64,000 nt of DNA from IMG/VR virus record IMGVR_UViG_3300022925_000007. One strand, written 5' to 3'. Positions 18,110 to 27,190 of this stretch are shown one piece after another. Positions within the stretch are counted from its first letter, which is position 1; every line of letters starts with the position of its first letter. Source of the DNA: an uncultured virus (IMG/VR IMGVR_UViG_3300022925_000007) (taxonomy: Duplodnaviria > Heunggongvirae > Uroviricota > Caudoviricetes). The position numbers were made by a program, and so were the translations under genes. Under the pieces are notes generated by a model. The model was not told the DNA's origin and made no database searches. It saw only the letters and a list, made by a program, of their open reading frames with translations.

Positions 18110-18159
18110 TTTTATTACGGTTTTTGGTGCTTTACTTTGACTCCGTTTTAGGTCATAAT
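18099..18159 (+). promoter_or_regulatory. IHF-consensus box plus early promoter TTTACT-N17-CATAAT
   Basis: TAAGTCATTGATT; -35 at 18131, -10 at 18154; near copy of the 17283 element. Confidence 0.7.
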
Positions 18160-18196
18160 AGTATCGTAAATTGGAAAGTGTGAAAGGAATTATATT

Positions 18197-18736
18197 ATGA
18201 AAGCAATTATCCAAACCCAACACCTCGAAAACTACGGTGCCCACGACTGGGACGGTCAGGGCGATTGCCCGCAGTACTGGAAACCCAAGGGTGGTAACAC
18301 CTACATCTTCAACTGTTCGGTTGAGGACAACATGTCTCCCGAGTGGTGGGCGCGTGTCGAGGCTGCTTGCACCAGCAAGAGCGAGTACTTTGAGGAGTAC
18401 TCCGTTGGTGAGACGGTGGTCGATGATATCGACTTCAATGTCGCCGACCACTGTGCTGAGTGGGATGCTCCTTACTATGGCACGGTCAAGGACGACCGTG
18501 TGTCCTTCACTCGCACCACTCTCAACACCGAGTTCGGTTATATGCGCAAGGAAATCGCGAAGCAGTTTGATGCCTATGACGTACTGAACAACGGCGAGAC
18601 TGTGCACCACGGTGTTTCTTATGAGATGGTGAATGGCGATGTGGTCCTCTTCAAAGACCTCAGCGCGTGGTTAGAAAAGTATGCACCTGCGGAGTTTCAT
18701 TTAATGAAGCAGCTTCATCAAATGGAGGTGGCGTAA
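18197..18736 (+). CDS. Conserved phage early hypothetical protein
   Basis: TQHLENYGAHDWDG.G.CPQYWKPKGG motif; C-ending codon bias. Confidence 0.75.
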   Translation: MKAIIQTQHLENYGAHDWDGQGDCPQYWKPKGGNTYIFNCSVEDNMSPEWWARVEAACTSKSEYFEEYSVGETVVDDIDFNVADHCAEWDAPYYGTVKDDRVSFTRTTLNTEFGYMRKEIAKQFDAYDVLNNGETVHHGVSYEMVNGDVVLFKDLSAWLEKYAPAEFHLMKQLHQMEVA

Positions 18737-18936
18737 TGCTGTATAGAGTTACAGATTCAAAACCGTTGCACATGGTGAAGGTAATCACTTCGGAGCAACT
18801 GACAGAGTATCAGAAATTGTACTCGGTGGCGTGTCGTACACCAGGTTCTTTAAAAGGAGATCTTGACAAATTGTTCGACAAAGTTGAACTTGGTCAGATC
18901 TTAATCGATTTCAGCAATCAGGAGGCAGCGGAATGA
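18736..18936 (+). CDS. Hypothetical protein
   Basis: GGAGG RBS and TAATG coupling (MLYRVTDSK...). Confidence 0.6.
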   Translation: MLYRVTDSKPLHMVKVITSEQLTEYQKLYSVACRTPGSLKGDLDKLFDKVELGQILIDFSNQEAAE

Positions 18937-19124
18937 ACAAGAGTTTCGAAACACCATGGTACAACCGAGGCGAAACCGGTGAGTACCTGCGTGACTGGGC
19001 AGACTGCTTGGTACACGGTCACGGTCAACCAGACTGGGTGGGTCTTGCAAAAAAGGCAAAGCGTGTGGGTTTGAGCGACCAAGAGGTCAACGAGTTTTTG
19101 AAGTCTGAAGAGGAGGTGGCGTAA
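18933..19124 (+). CDS. Hypothetical protein
   Basis: GGAGG RBS; coupled ORF. Confidence 0.6.
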   Translation: MNKSFETPWYNRGETGEYLRDWADCLVHGHGQPDWVGLAKKAKRVGLSDQEVNEFLKSEEEVA

Positions 19125-19315
19125 TGCATGAATTACTTGAAATCATTCTCGAAGATCTGCACTACATGTATGAGCAGGAAGGACTGTTCAGCAAAGACGT
19201 TTTTCGTGATATTGCAGAGATGATCGAGAAGCGTGAGTATGAATACTCGCAGATGGTCGAAGGAAGAAAAAGCAGGATCGCGCCACGTCGCAATCGATTT
19301 ATAGATTATCGATGA
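19124..19315 (+). CDS. Hypothetical protein
   Basis: GGAGG RBS; coupled ORF. Confidence 0.6.
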   Translation: MHELLEIILEDLHYMYEQEGLFSKDVFRDIAEMIEKREYEYSQMVEGRKSRIAPRRNRFIDYR

Positions 19316-19369
19316 GGGACGCGGACTCCCCATTTAAAAGCACTATATAATGGAAAAAGGAGAGAAATT

Positions 19370-19675
19370 ATGAAGTGGATGGTCTTTATTGTAGTTGCTG
19401 CCTTGAGCAGCAACTCTTTTGCATTGGGGGATAAGGAAAAGGGTGCGATTATTGGCATCACCAGCACTTTGATCCTGCAGGAGATTCTAAACCGCAGGGG
19501 TCCTATGGTTTATCCGCAGGACAGATATGGCGGTGAGTTTCCCCCATTCCGTTGTACTGGTTCAGAAGTCGAGTGTGCTTATGAACTTGGAGTCTATGAA
19601 CGAAAGCGTGAAGAATGGGAAGACATGAAGCGTCAAGCATATGAGTGTGGACGCTATGGTAGAAACTGTAAGTAA
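19370..19675 (+). CDS. Exported protein with signal peptide
   Basis: AGGAG RBS; MKWMVFIVVAALSSNSFA signal-like N-terminus; four Cys. Confidence 0.65.
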   Translation: MKWMVFIVVAALSSNSFALGDKEKGAIIGITSTLILQEILNRRGPMVYPQDRYGGEFPPFRCTGSEVECAYELGVYERKREEWEDMKRQAYECGRYGRNCK

Positions 19676-19802
19676 GTCTACCTTTCTTTTGCTCCTTATA
19701 AGTATATTGGCATCATGCATATCCAACGACGGTAGACACGCATGCTTCCCAGTCGTTTTGGACGATGTATATGTCTTATCTTGCGCAATTATTACAGAAT
19801 GA

Positions 19803-20024
19803 ATGGAGAACATTATGATAGGTATGAAAGACAAATTGTTGAAGGCAATACGCCTAAAACACGAAGCGGTAATGGAAACCGCTCTGGTCAATATCGAAGT
19901 TTATGAAAACGCAGTCGGTATTGGTGAGCATCCAGATCTCATTGAGGCAGTAGAATCTCAAGTCAAACAATATGTAGAGTCGGCGGAAATCGTTGACGGA
20001 ATCGATCGAATTCTAGGAGTCTAA
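19803..20024 (+). CDS. Conserved phage hypothetical protein
   Basis: NIEVY..NAVGIGEHPD motif. Confidence 0.7.
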   Translation: MENIMIGMKDKLLKAIRLKHEAVMETALVNIEVYENAVGIGEHPDLIEAVESQVKQYVESAEIVDGIDRILGV

Positions 20025-20025
20025 A

Positions 20026-20541
20026 ATGGTCTTTACTGTACCCGATGCGGTATTTCGCACACGTGTGCGCGATAATCTTTCAACGGATGTTAATCCGTTT
20101 GTTTGGAAAGATGTCACAACCAATGATTTGTTTTCTGGCAAGCGAGTAGTTTTATTCTCACTTCCGGGAGCATTCACACCAACGTGTTCAACGTATCAAC
20201 TGCCCGACTTCGAAAAGTTGTATCCAGAGTTTCAAGCGAAAGGTATTGACGAGATCTATTGTCTCTCGGTCAACGATTCTTTCGTAATGAATGCATGGGC
20301 AAGACAACAGGAGTTACAAAATGTCAAAGTTATTCCCGACGGATCCGGAGAATTTACACGAAAAATGGGCATGCTTGTATCTAAAGACAACCTTGGTTTT
20401 GGCATGCGTTCTTGGCGTTACGCTGTTGTTGTCGATAATGGTACAATAGTGAAGTGGTTTGTAGAACCAGGATTCACTGACGAAGCAGCAGATGATCCCT
20501 ATGGTGAATCTTCACCGCAGAATGTATTGGATAACCTCTAG
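20026..20541 (+). CDS. Peroxiredoxin (Prx5-type)
   Basis: FSLPGAFTPTCS, SVNDSFVMNAW, GMRSWRYA. Confidence 0.93.
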   Translation: MVFTVPDAVFRTRVRDNLSTDVNPFVWKDVTTNDLFSGKRVVLFSLPGAFTPTCSTYQLPDFEKLYPEFQAKGIDEIYCLSVNDSFVMNAWARQQELQNVKVIPDGSGEFTRKMGMLVSKDNLGFGMRSWRYAVVVDNGTIVKWFVEPGFTDEAADDPYGESSPQNVLDNL

Positions 20542-20627
20542 TCCTATAGTCCCGAGATGACTTTAAACTCGCTCTGGTCGGCGCTAGCACCGGTTCCTGA
20601 GTAAGATCTGAAACTGCTCAACCTATT

Positions 20628-20704
20628 CGGGATTTAGCACAGCTTGGTAGTGCGTCCGCTTTGGGAGCGGAAGGTCGCAGGTTCGAATCCTGCAATCCCG
20701 ACCA
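20628..20704 (+). tRNA. tRNA-Pro(TGG)
   Basis: Cloverleaf with CGGGATT/AATCCCG acceptor, TCCGC-TTTGGGA-GCGGA anticodon arm, GGTTCGAATCC and encoded CCA. Confidence 0.96.
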
Positions 20705-20737
20705 TTATAGATATATGTATGAAAACATTATTTTAAA

Positions 20738-21559
20738 TTGGTGGATGTTAAATTGAAGCGATTAGTTTATCAGGTCTGTCTCGGTCAACAGAAAAACTCT
20801 AAACTCTACAGTCATTGTATTTCTTCAGTTGCTGATTACTGCAAGAGATATGATATCGAGCATATAGTTCAAACGGTTCCTAAGTTAAAAATAAAACCAG
20901 ACGTCTTCGCCACAAACAGAAGTAAAGAATCGTATGAGAAGCACGGTGGTTTCCTACCTGTGTACGAAAAAGAAAATGCGTTTGATCTTTGCGACGAATA
21001 TGACCAAATTGCTATCATAGACGCAGACATTTACATTAGACCAACCGCGCCAAATATATTCGACGAGTTCGGCAAAATAGAACCATTCGGTGCTGTGGTT
21101 GAAATGGATATGCCGATCAACGCGCAGTACATGGCAAAAATCAAAAACTATTCCCATATGCAATATCAAAGTATAGCATCCAAAATGCCTATTGACTTGT
21201 GGCGTTATGAAACGTCAACAGGATTCGAGTTTATGAATATGGGAATGATACTTTTAAATTGCGAAAGTTTCCGAAAACATTTGAACGGTCAGACGGCAAA
21301 ACAATTCATTACTCGTCCAGAGTTCAAAGACTTCGTAGATGGTCAGGGCGCGTGGAAGTGGTCGACCGATCAAACCTTACTCAACTATTGGTTACGCGAT
21401 AAAAGGATTCCGTTTAAACGTATGGACTGGAAATGGAATGCGTTGTATACTGCTCTACGGGAAGGAAAGGTAGAGGAATCGCATTTCGTACACTTCTTTC
21501 TTAAAGATAAGCTGCCTAATGGCGGTGAAGATGTTGAGGCGTTGATGGGGCAGATATGA
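20738..21559 (+). CDS. GT-A (GT8-like) glycosyltransferase
   Basis: IDADIY, NMGMIL, DQTLLNY, WNAL, FVHF. Confidence 0.75.
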   Translation: MVDVKLKRLVYQVCLGQQKNSKLYSHCISSVADYCKRYDIEHIVQTVPKLKIKPDVFATNRSKESYEKHGGFLPVYEKENAFDLCDEYDQIAIIDADIYIRPTAPNIFDEFGKIEPFGAVVEMDMPINAQYMAKIKNYSHMQYQSIASKMPIDLWRYETSTGFEFMNMGMILLNCESFRKHLNGQTAKQFITRPEFKDFVDGQGAWKWSTDQTLLNYWLRDKRIPFKRMDWKWNALYTALREGKVEESHFVHFFLKDKLPNGGEDVEALMGQI

Positions 21560-22224
21560 ACATAATACTACAACACTATACAGGAATGTTAGGGGAGTTA
21601 GAAAAACTCTCACGCAGAGCGATCTCGAAATATGCAGAAAAGGTTGGTGCCGAATACCGTCTTATACAAGGTAATTTGTTTCGAGAAAATTTGACACCTC
21701 CTTGTCAAAAATTATTCATGTTAAATGAGCAGTTCGATAAGTACGATACTGTTGTTATGTTGGACATCGATATGTTTCCAAGAAAAGGTATGGATGAAAA
21801 CATTTTTGATGTTGAAGGCATAGGCATGTATACTGGATATCAGGCAGCATTAAAGAAAAATATGGTTGCTAGATATCCAAAACTTTGCGATGACCGCTAT
21901 GCTTATTGGGGCGGCGCCATTTACAAGTTGACCCTAGAACAAAGGCAACTGTTGAGACGGGGAATCAATGATTTTGAGATGGAACCTTTTAATCACACTT
22001 ATCAAGACGAAGGCATCATGCATCGTTTGGCGTGTCTGGCAAGAATCAAACAAGAAGGGCACACCTTACCAGGAGAATTTAAGTGGTGTCACTGCAGTTA
22101 CAGAGACGGAATAGAAAACTCGGCGATGATTCACATTCGCCCCAAGGTTACTCCGACTGGTCCTAAAAGATCTAAGATAGAGAACTATCGTGCTTTGGTC
22201 GAAAGGGATTTGATAGAAGAGTGA
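21556..22224 (+). CDS. GT-A glycosyltransferase-like protein
   Basis: LDIDMF, DEGIM, MIH. Confidence 0.65.
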   Translation: MNIILQHYTGMLGELEKLSRRAISKYAEKVGAEYRLIQGNLFRENLTPPCQKLFMLNEQFDKYDTVVMLDIDMFPRKGMDENIFDVEGIGMYTGYQAALKKNMVARYPKLCDDRYAYWGGAIYKLTLEQRQLLRRGINDFEMEPFNHTYQDEGIMHRLACLARIKQEGHTLPGEFKWCHCSYRDGIENSAMIHIRPKVTPTGPKRSKIENYRALVERDLIEE

Positions 22225-23000
22225 AAAACGCAATCTATCAATATTGGAACGGAACACTCAACAGAGCAGCAAAGTGTTCGCATGATAACATATCCAATTA
22301 TTGTAAACGAATAGGCGCGAAACACTTATTTCAATATAACTCTAACTGGTCAAAAACAAATTCAACCTATTACGATGCCTTCCGTCCTGTGTATGATGAC
22401 GAATTCCAAGAATATGATAATGTCGTTTACATGGATATGGATATCTTTGCTACGGATAACTTGGAAGAAAACATATTTGAAAATGATGTGAAGGATGTAG
22501 GAATTTGTGAAGAGGTTTCTCAACCAGAACTAAGGGAGTCTTACACAGTCGGTGGACATATCAACGCCAAGAACGACCGACTTTGGATAGAAAAAGTAAG
22601 CAAGATTATACCGTCTTTCGATTTACCAGTAGATCACAAAGGACGCCCCAAGGTTTTCAACTCAGGTGTTGTATATTATACGCGGGAAGGTATACAAAAG
22701 TGTAGGGAACACTTCATGCCCTTTGATAAGTATGTTAAGGGTATGGAAGGTCTTGGTCGTTTTTACAAACTGGATCAAAATTATTTGAATGCTATGTTGT
22801 TTGATGGCAGTATAGATACTACCATACTCGACAACAAGTGGAATGCACAAGTACACTATGTTGGGCGTGTGCCTAGAACAGTTAATGATGAAAGAAACAA
22901 TCGCCCCTGCTTAGTGCACGTGCAACTGTCGGGGTCAAATGATTACGACGAAGACAAACTGTGGAGGGTGGTTAATTTACCTGAAAATTTATGGCTTTGA
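22221..23000 (+). CDS. GT8-like glycosyltransferase
   Basis: YMDMDIF, FNSGV, DQNYLN, KWN, LVH. Confidence 0.75.
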   Translation: MKNAIYQYWNGTLNRAAKCSHDNISNYCKRIGAKHLFQYNSNWSKTNSTYYDAFRPVYDDEFQEYDNVVYMDMDIFATDNLEENIFENDVKDVGICEEVSQPELRESYTVGGHINAKNDRLWIEKVSKIIPSFDLPVDHKGRPKVFNSGVVYYTREGIQKCREHFMPFDKYVKGMEGLGRFYKLDQNYLNAMLFDGSIDTTILDNKWNAQVHYVGRVPRTVNDERNNRPCLVHVQLSGSNDYDEDKLWRVVNLPENLWL

Positions 23001-23698
23001 AAGTAAAGTGGTGGACACAACCCCAAAACTTCGGTGATGTTTTAACACCCCATTTATTAGATCACTTCGGTATAAAATACAAGTATGTTGATGACGTCAA
23101 GTATGCCGAAGCTCTTTTTATAGGATCTATTGCCAGGCTCGCTTTACCAGGACAAAAAGTTTTTGGTTCCGGTTGTATACGCAAAGATGAAAAGGCAGAA
23201 CCACGTGCCGTATGGAAGTTTGTTCGTGGTCCGTTGACTCGCGAGAATGTATTAAAACATGGCGGGGAGTGTCCTGAAATTTATGGAGACGCTGCTTTAC
23301 TTCTACCAGACTTTTGTCCTGCGCCTAGTTTCAAGAAAAACCAAATAGGCATCGTTCCTCACTATCAAGACTGGATCTTTGGCAGCAAATATTCTACCTT
23401 TACGCCGATCAATGTGGTGAATGAAAATGCACTCGCAGTGGCAAAGAAAATAGCAAGTTGTGAAAAAATAATTTCCTCTTCCTTACACGGAATTATTGCT
23501 GCTCATGCTTATGGTATACCTGCAGCTTGGGTAGAGTTTTCTAAGTTACATGGAGATGGGATAAAATTTCAAGATTATTTTGCTTCTGTTGGAATAAAGA
23601 ATGCCCCTAAATCTACACCAGAAAAACCGATATACATCGATCCTGGTAAAATTGATCTTGATCCTATAAGAGAGATATTTCATAATGAGTCAGTTTGA
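22991..23698 (+). CDS. Polysaccharide pyruvyltransferase family protein
   Basis: NFGD, IGS, VRGPLT, GDAALL, IVPHY, SSSLHGII.AHAYGIP, KF.DY. Confidence 0.85.
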   Translation: MALKVKWWTQPQNFGDVLTPHLLDHFGIKYKYVDDVKYAEALFIGSIARLALPGQKVFGSGCIRKDEKAEPRAVWKFVRGPLTRENVLKHGGECPEIYGDAALLLPDFCPAPSFKKNQIGIVPHYQDWIFGSKYSTFTPINVVNENALAVAKKIASCEKIISSSLHGIIAAHAYGIPAAWVEFSKLHGDGIKFQDYFASVGIKNAPKSTPEKPIYIDPGKIDLDPIREIFHNESV

Positions 23699-24521
23699 TT
23701 ATCTCATCGATAAGATTGATAGAGGCGACTTCAGCACGTATCCATTCAAACACCTATATCTGGAAAATTTTTTATCGAAGGAACACTTCGACATTATACA
23801 GTCCTGTGATGAAATCAATATACCCATACAGAAAAATGTTAGAGAGTTGGTAGAAACTCTAATCAAATATGATTATCGCCCAGTTGAATTTCCTGGATGT
23901 GTGACCGATATTGAATCTTATATTCGTTATTGTGAAGGCGATAACGTCAGACCTCCAGAACACACAAGAGAACTGACCGAAGGATTTGGTATGTCTATGA
24001 GACTTGCGAAATATAGCAGTCACATTGTAAAAGAACTGATAGACTTTCTTAACTCCAAATTTTTTCTTGACACGATTAAAAACAAGTTTAATCGAAAAGG
24101 CGAGGTTCGAGTTGAAACAGCAATACAAAAGTATTTGAGTGGGTATGAAATTGCGCCGCATCCAGACATTCGAAAAAAATGTTTGACTTACATGTTAAAT
24201 ATAAACACTTCTGATGATTCTGAAAAACTCAATATACACACTCATTATATGAAATTCAAATCCAATAAGGAATACATAAAAACATATTGGAAAGAAAATT
24301 CTAATGTTGATCGATGCTGGGTGCCGTGGGAATGGGCAGAAACTTCTTCGATACAAAATAAAAATAATAGCATAGTGTTTTTTGCTCCAGACAATGACAC
24401 ACTACACGGAGTGAAATTGGATTACGATCATCTACTTTTCCAACGAACTCAAATTTATGGAAACTTGTGGTATACTAAACACTCTAAACTAACCCCTGCC
24501 ATTTGGAAAAATTTGCCATGA
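23685..24521 (+). CDS. 2OG-Fe(II) oxygenase-like protein
   Basis: YPFKHL, YEIAPHPD, TLHGV, QRTQIYGN. Confidence 0.7.
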   Translation: MSQFDYLIDKIDRGDFSTYPFKHLYLENFLSKEHFDIIQSCDEINIPIQKNVRELVETLIKYDYRPVEFPGCVTDIESYIRYCEGDNVRPPEHTRELTEGFGMSMRLAKYSSHIVKELIDFLNSKFFLDTIKNKFNRKGEVRVETAIQKYLSGYEIAPHPDIRKKCLTYMLNINTSDDSEKLNIHTHYMKFKSNKEYIKTYWKENSNVDRCWVPWEWAETSSIQNKNNSIVFFAPDNDTLHGVKLDYDHLLFQRTQIYGNLWYTKHSKLTPAIWKNLP

Positions 24522-25102
24522 TAAACAGTAAGGTTGAGCATTGTAAAACGCTTGAGGAGTTTTACGAAGAAATAAGACAGCAACAAGAAGAAGCGCACGG
24601 TGAAGATTACTGCGCGCAACATCTCGCCCTTCAAAAACTCATGAAAGAGTGTCGAAGTTACCGAGAACTCGGAACTCACCAAGGTGGTACTGCCGCATGT
24701 GCCATGTTATGCAATCCATCGACAGTTGACCTAGTTGACATCTCGCTTGAAAAATACAACAAGTCGAAACACTTGTTTGAAGAATATGCTGAAAGAAATA
24801 ACATAAGATTGAGAACGCACGAAATGTCATCGACCGATGTTAATTCCAGAGGACCGTGCGACCTCTTGCTAATCGACTCCCTTCATCATCCTAATCATTT
24901 AAACAAGGAATTACATGTACACGCTGACTATGTTCGCAAGTACATCATACTTCATGATACTGAAGTGCTTCACGGAAAACCAAATACTGCGTTGTATCAG
25001 GTAGCAGAATTATTCTGCGGTCAAATAAACCCTTGGGTTATCAAAGAAAGAAACAAAAATAACGTAGGATATACTGTACTCGGCAACACTTTGAATACTT
25101 AA
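24518..25102 (+). CDS. Class I SAM methyltransferase
   Basis: ELGTHQGGT, LLLIDSLH, IILHD; paralogous to the methyltransferase domain in 13318..17220. Confidence 0.7.
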   Translation: MINSKVEHCKTLEEFYEEIRQQQEEAHGEDYCAQHLALQKLMKECRSYRELGTHQGGTAACAMLCNPSTVDLVDISLEKYNKSKHLFEEYAERNNIRLRTHEMSSTDVNSRGPCDLLLIDSLHHPNHLNKELHVHADYVRKYIILHDTEVLHGKPNTALYQVAELFCGQINPWVIKERNKNNVGYTVLGNTLNT

Positions 25103-25122
25103 GATAACGAAGGACTCATAGA

Positions 25123-25857
25123 ATGAAAACTTTTGTCATTACCCTCCCCGATGAATGGGAATCAGAATCTAAGAAGGCAGCACAACGCTGTATCGACTCT
25201 ATAGAAAAAACGGGCAGTCCTCTTGACGCAACTATCTTTGATGCTACCACGCCTCCTACGATACGTGAGGGAATGTTAGAAGCGTTCGGTAAGCAAGTCG
25301 AGTGGACTTGGCCGATAGACGAGAATCATGATGGTTATGATTTGAAGACTGGTCTATATAAAAGAAAGTATGCGGCAAGGGATCATCTTCGTGTTATTTC
25401 TTGCGCGTTGAGTCATGCTAGATTATGGAAGAAATGCATTGACATTGAAGAAGAAATAGTTATATTAGAACATGATGCGTTCTTCGTTCGAAAGTTTGAT
25501 CCAGCAATACTTGACGGTTGGGAATGGGGTGCGGTAGGTTTAAACGATCCACGCGGAGCAACACGAAAGGCAGGAAAATTTCACGAGATGCTTCAGGCAT
25601 CAGCAACGGACGCGCCGAAGTTACATAGGATTCCGCGTATCGATGAATCACATGAAGTCTTTTTGCCCATGGGTCTAGCAGGTAATAGCGCATACGTGAT
25701 TAAACCTGAGGCGTGTAAGGAGCTGCTCGATAAGGTACACGATATTGGTTTATGGCCGAACGATGCGTTGATGTGCTCTCATCTATTTAAATGGTTGAGA
25801 GTGATCACGCCATATTATACGCGAGTACAGGGAACACAGTCCACAACGACGAGGTGA
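25123..25857 (+). CDS. GT25-like glycosyltransferase
   Basis: SCALSHARLW, ILEHDA, AYVIKP.A. Confidence 0.78.
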   Translation: MKTFVITLPDEWESESKKAAQRCIDSIEKTGSPLDATIFDATTPPTIREGMLEAFGKQVEWTWPIDENHDGYDLKTGLYKRKYAARDHLRVISCALSHARLWKKCIDIEEEIVILEHDAFFVRKFDPAILDGWEWGAVGLNDPRGATRKAGKFHEMLQASATDAPKLHRIPRIDESHEVFLPMGLAGNSAYVIKPEACKELLDKVHDIGLWPNDALMCSHLFKWLRVITPYYTRVQGTQSTTTR

Positions 25858-26507
25858 AAGTGAAGGCATTTGTAATTACTTTAACGGACTTAGAAGAATC
25901 GATGCAGGTCGCTCAACGCTGTATATGGTCTGCTAAGAAATATGGCGCAGAGGTCAAGGTATTTGATGCCGTCCGCGCCATTGACGCTCAGGCAGCGCGT
26001 GAGAGCGCAGGAATACCCATCGATGGGTTTCGCGGCAAGTACTCTAGACTGAATAACGTAGTCGCTTGCTTCATGAGTCACTATGCTTTATGGAATCAAT
26101 GCGCAGAAAGCAACAAGAACATTTTTATTCTAGAGCACGATGCCGTGTTCGTTAATAGCATTCCTACGGTTGACTTTAAAGGATTGCTATCACTAGGCAA
26201 ACCCAGTTATGGCAATTACCGGAATCCCTCGATGATCGGTGTAAATGAATTAACCTCTAAATTTTATTTACCAGGAGCGCATGCGTATATGCTAAAACCA
26301 TATGCGGCGAGAGCGTTGATTGAAAAGGCAAAGAAAGAGGCATGTCCGGCAGACGTGTTTCTACATAAAGATCGATTCAGTTTTCTTGAGGAATACTATC
26401 CTTGGCCAGTAGAAGCGAAGGATTCGTTCAGTACGGTACAAAACGAAACTGGCATTCAAGCAAAACACCAATACCAAAACGCACCTGATTTATACAAACT
26501 GCTATGA
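25854..26507 (+). CDS. GT25-like glycosyltransferase
   Basis: ACFMSHYALW, ILEHDA, GAHAYMLKP.AA; GTG start overlaps the upstream stop. Confidence 0.78.
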   Translation: MKVKAFVITLTDLEESMQVAQRCIWSAKKYGAEVKVFDAVRAIDAQAARESAGIPIDGFRGKYSRLNNVVACFMSHYALWNQCAESNKNIFILEHDAVFVNSIPTVDFKGLLSLGKPSYGNYRNPSMIGVNELTSKFYLPGAHAYMLKPYAARALIEKAKKEACPADVFLHKDRFSFLEEYYPWPVEAKDSFSTVQNETGIQAKHQYQNAPDLYKLL

Positions 26508-27190
26508 AGATTAATTTACTCACCGTCTGTACTGATGTCTACCCGATAGAGTATGCGCGAAAGATCATTCAGCGTGTAGAAGATTTGAGTGACTTTGACA
26601 TCACACCATACTGTTTGACGGATAGACCTACCGAAGTAGAAAAGTTTGCGACTCCTATCGTGCGGAAAGAAGGCATCAGGGGTTGGTGGAATAAGATGAT
26701 GTTACACGATCCGGATCTGCCTTCTGGTTGGAATCTATACCTTGATATAGACATAGTCCTGATAAAGAACTTCGATGAAGAAATACAATATGCCATTGAC
26801 GCAGATAAAAGAATCGCTTGTGTTTCTGACGCGATAGGTTGGATGAATAATAAGTTCAGTTCCTCTATGATGTTATACCGTACAGGCGCACTAGAAGAAA
26901 TCTATCATAAGTTTCGCAGAGACCTAAGCGCAGACCTGCAGAACTTTAGAGGCGGTGATCAGGTTTGGACTGGTCAATATCTCAAAGATACTGATGTACT
27001 ATATATTGATGAGACCTATCCCAATCTGAAAAAGAATCTCAAGTTTCACTTGGGCGAGAAGGTCTTCGGGCAATGGATATTCCCTCCGGTCATATCCAAC
27101 GAGATCAAGATGGTAGATTGCGGAGGAAGACCTAAACCGCATGAATTACCTCATTTGAAATATATTAAACACAATTGGGTGAATGTGTAA
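26504..27190 (+). CDS. GT-A glycosyltransferase-like protein
   Basis: CLTD, GWWNK, YLDIDIV, SSSMM, GDQ, PKPH. Confidence 0.7.
   Translation: MKINLLTVCTDVYPIEYARKIIQRVEDLSDFDITPYCLTDRPTEVEKFATPIVRKEGIRGWWNKMMLHDPDLPSGWNLYLDIDIVLIKNFDEEIQYAIDADKRIACVSDAIGWMNNKFSSSMMLYRTGALEEIYHKFRRDLSADLQNFRGGDQVWTGQYLKDTDVLYIDETYPNLKKNLKFHLGEKVFGQWIFPPVISNEIKMVDCGGRPKPHELPHLKYIKHNWVNV

Noticed and set aside
18098..18610. Overlapping alternative ORFs (18098..18610 -, 18237..18587 +)
   Set aside because: They are by-products of strong codon bias in the real 18197..18736 gene.
20596..20620. Hammerhead ribozyme (CTGA...GAAA)
   Set aside because: The core reads CTGAGTA rather than CTGANGA, and the required stems are not evident.
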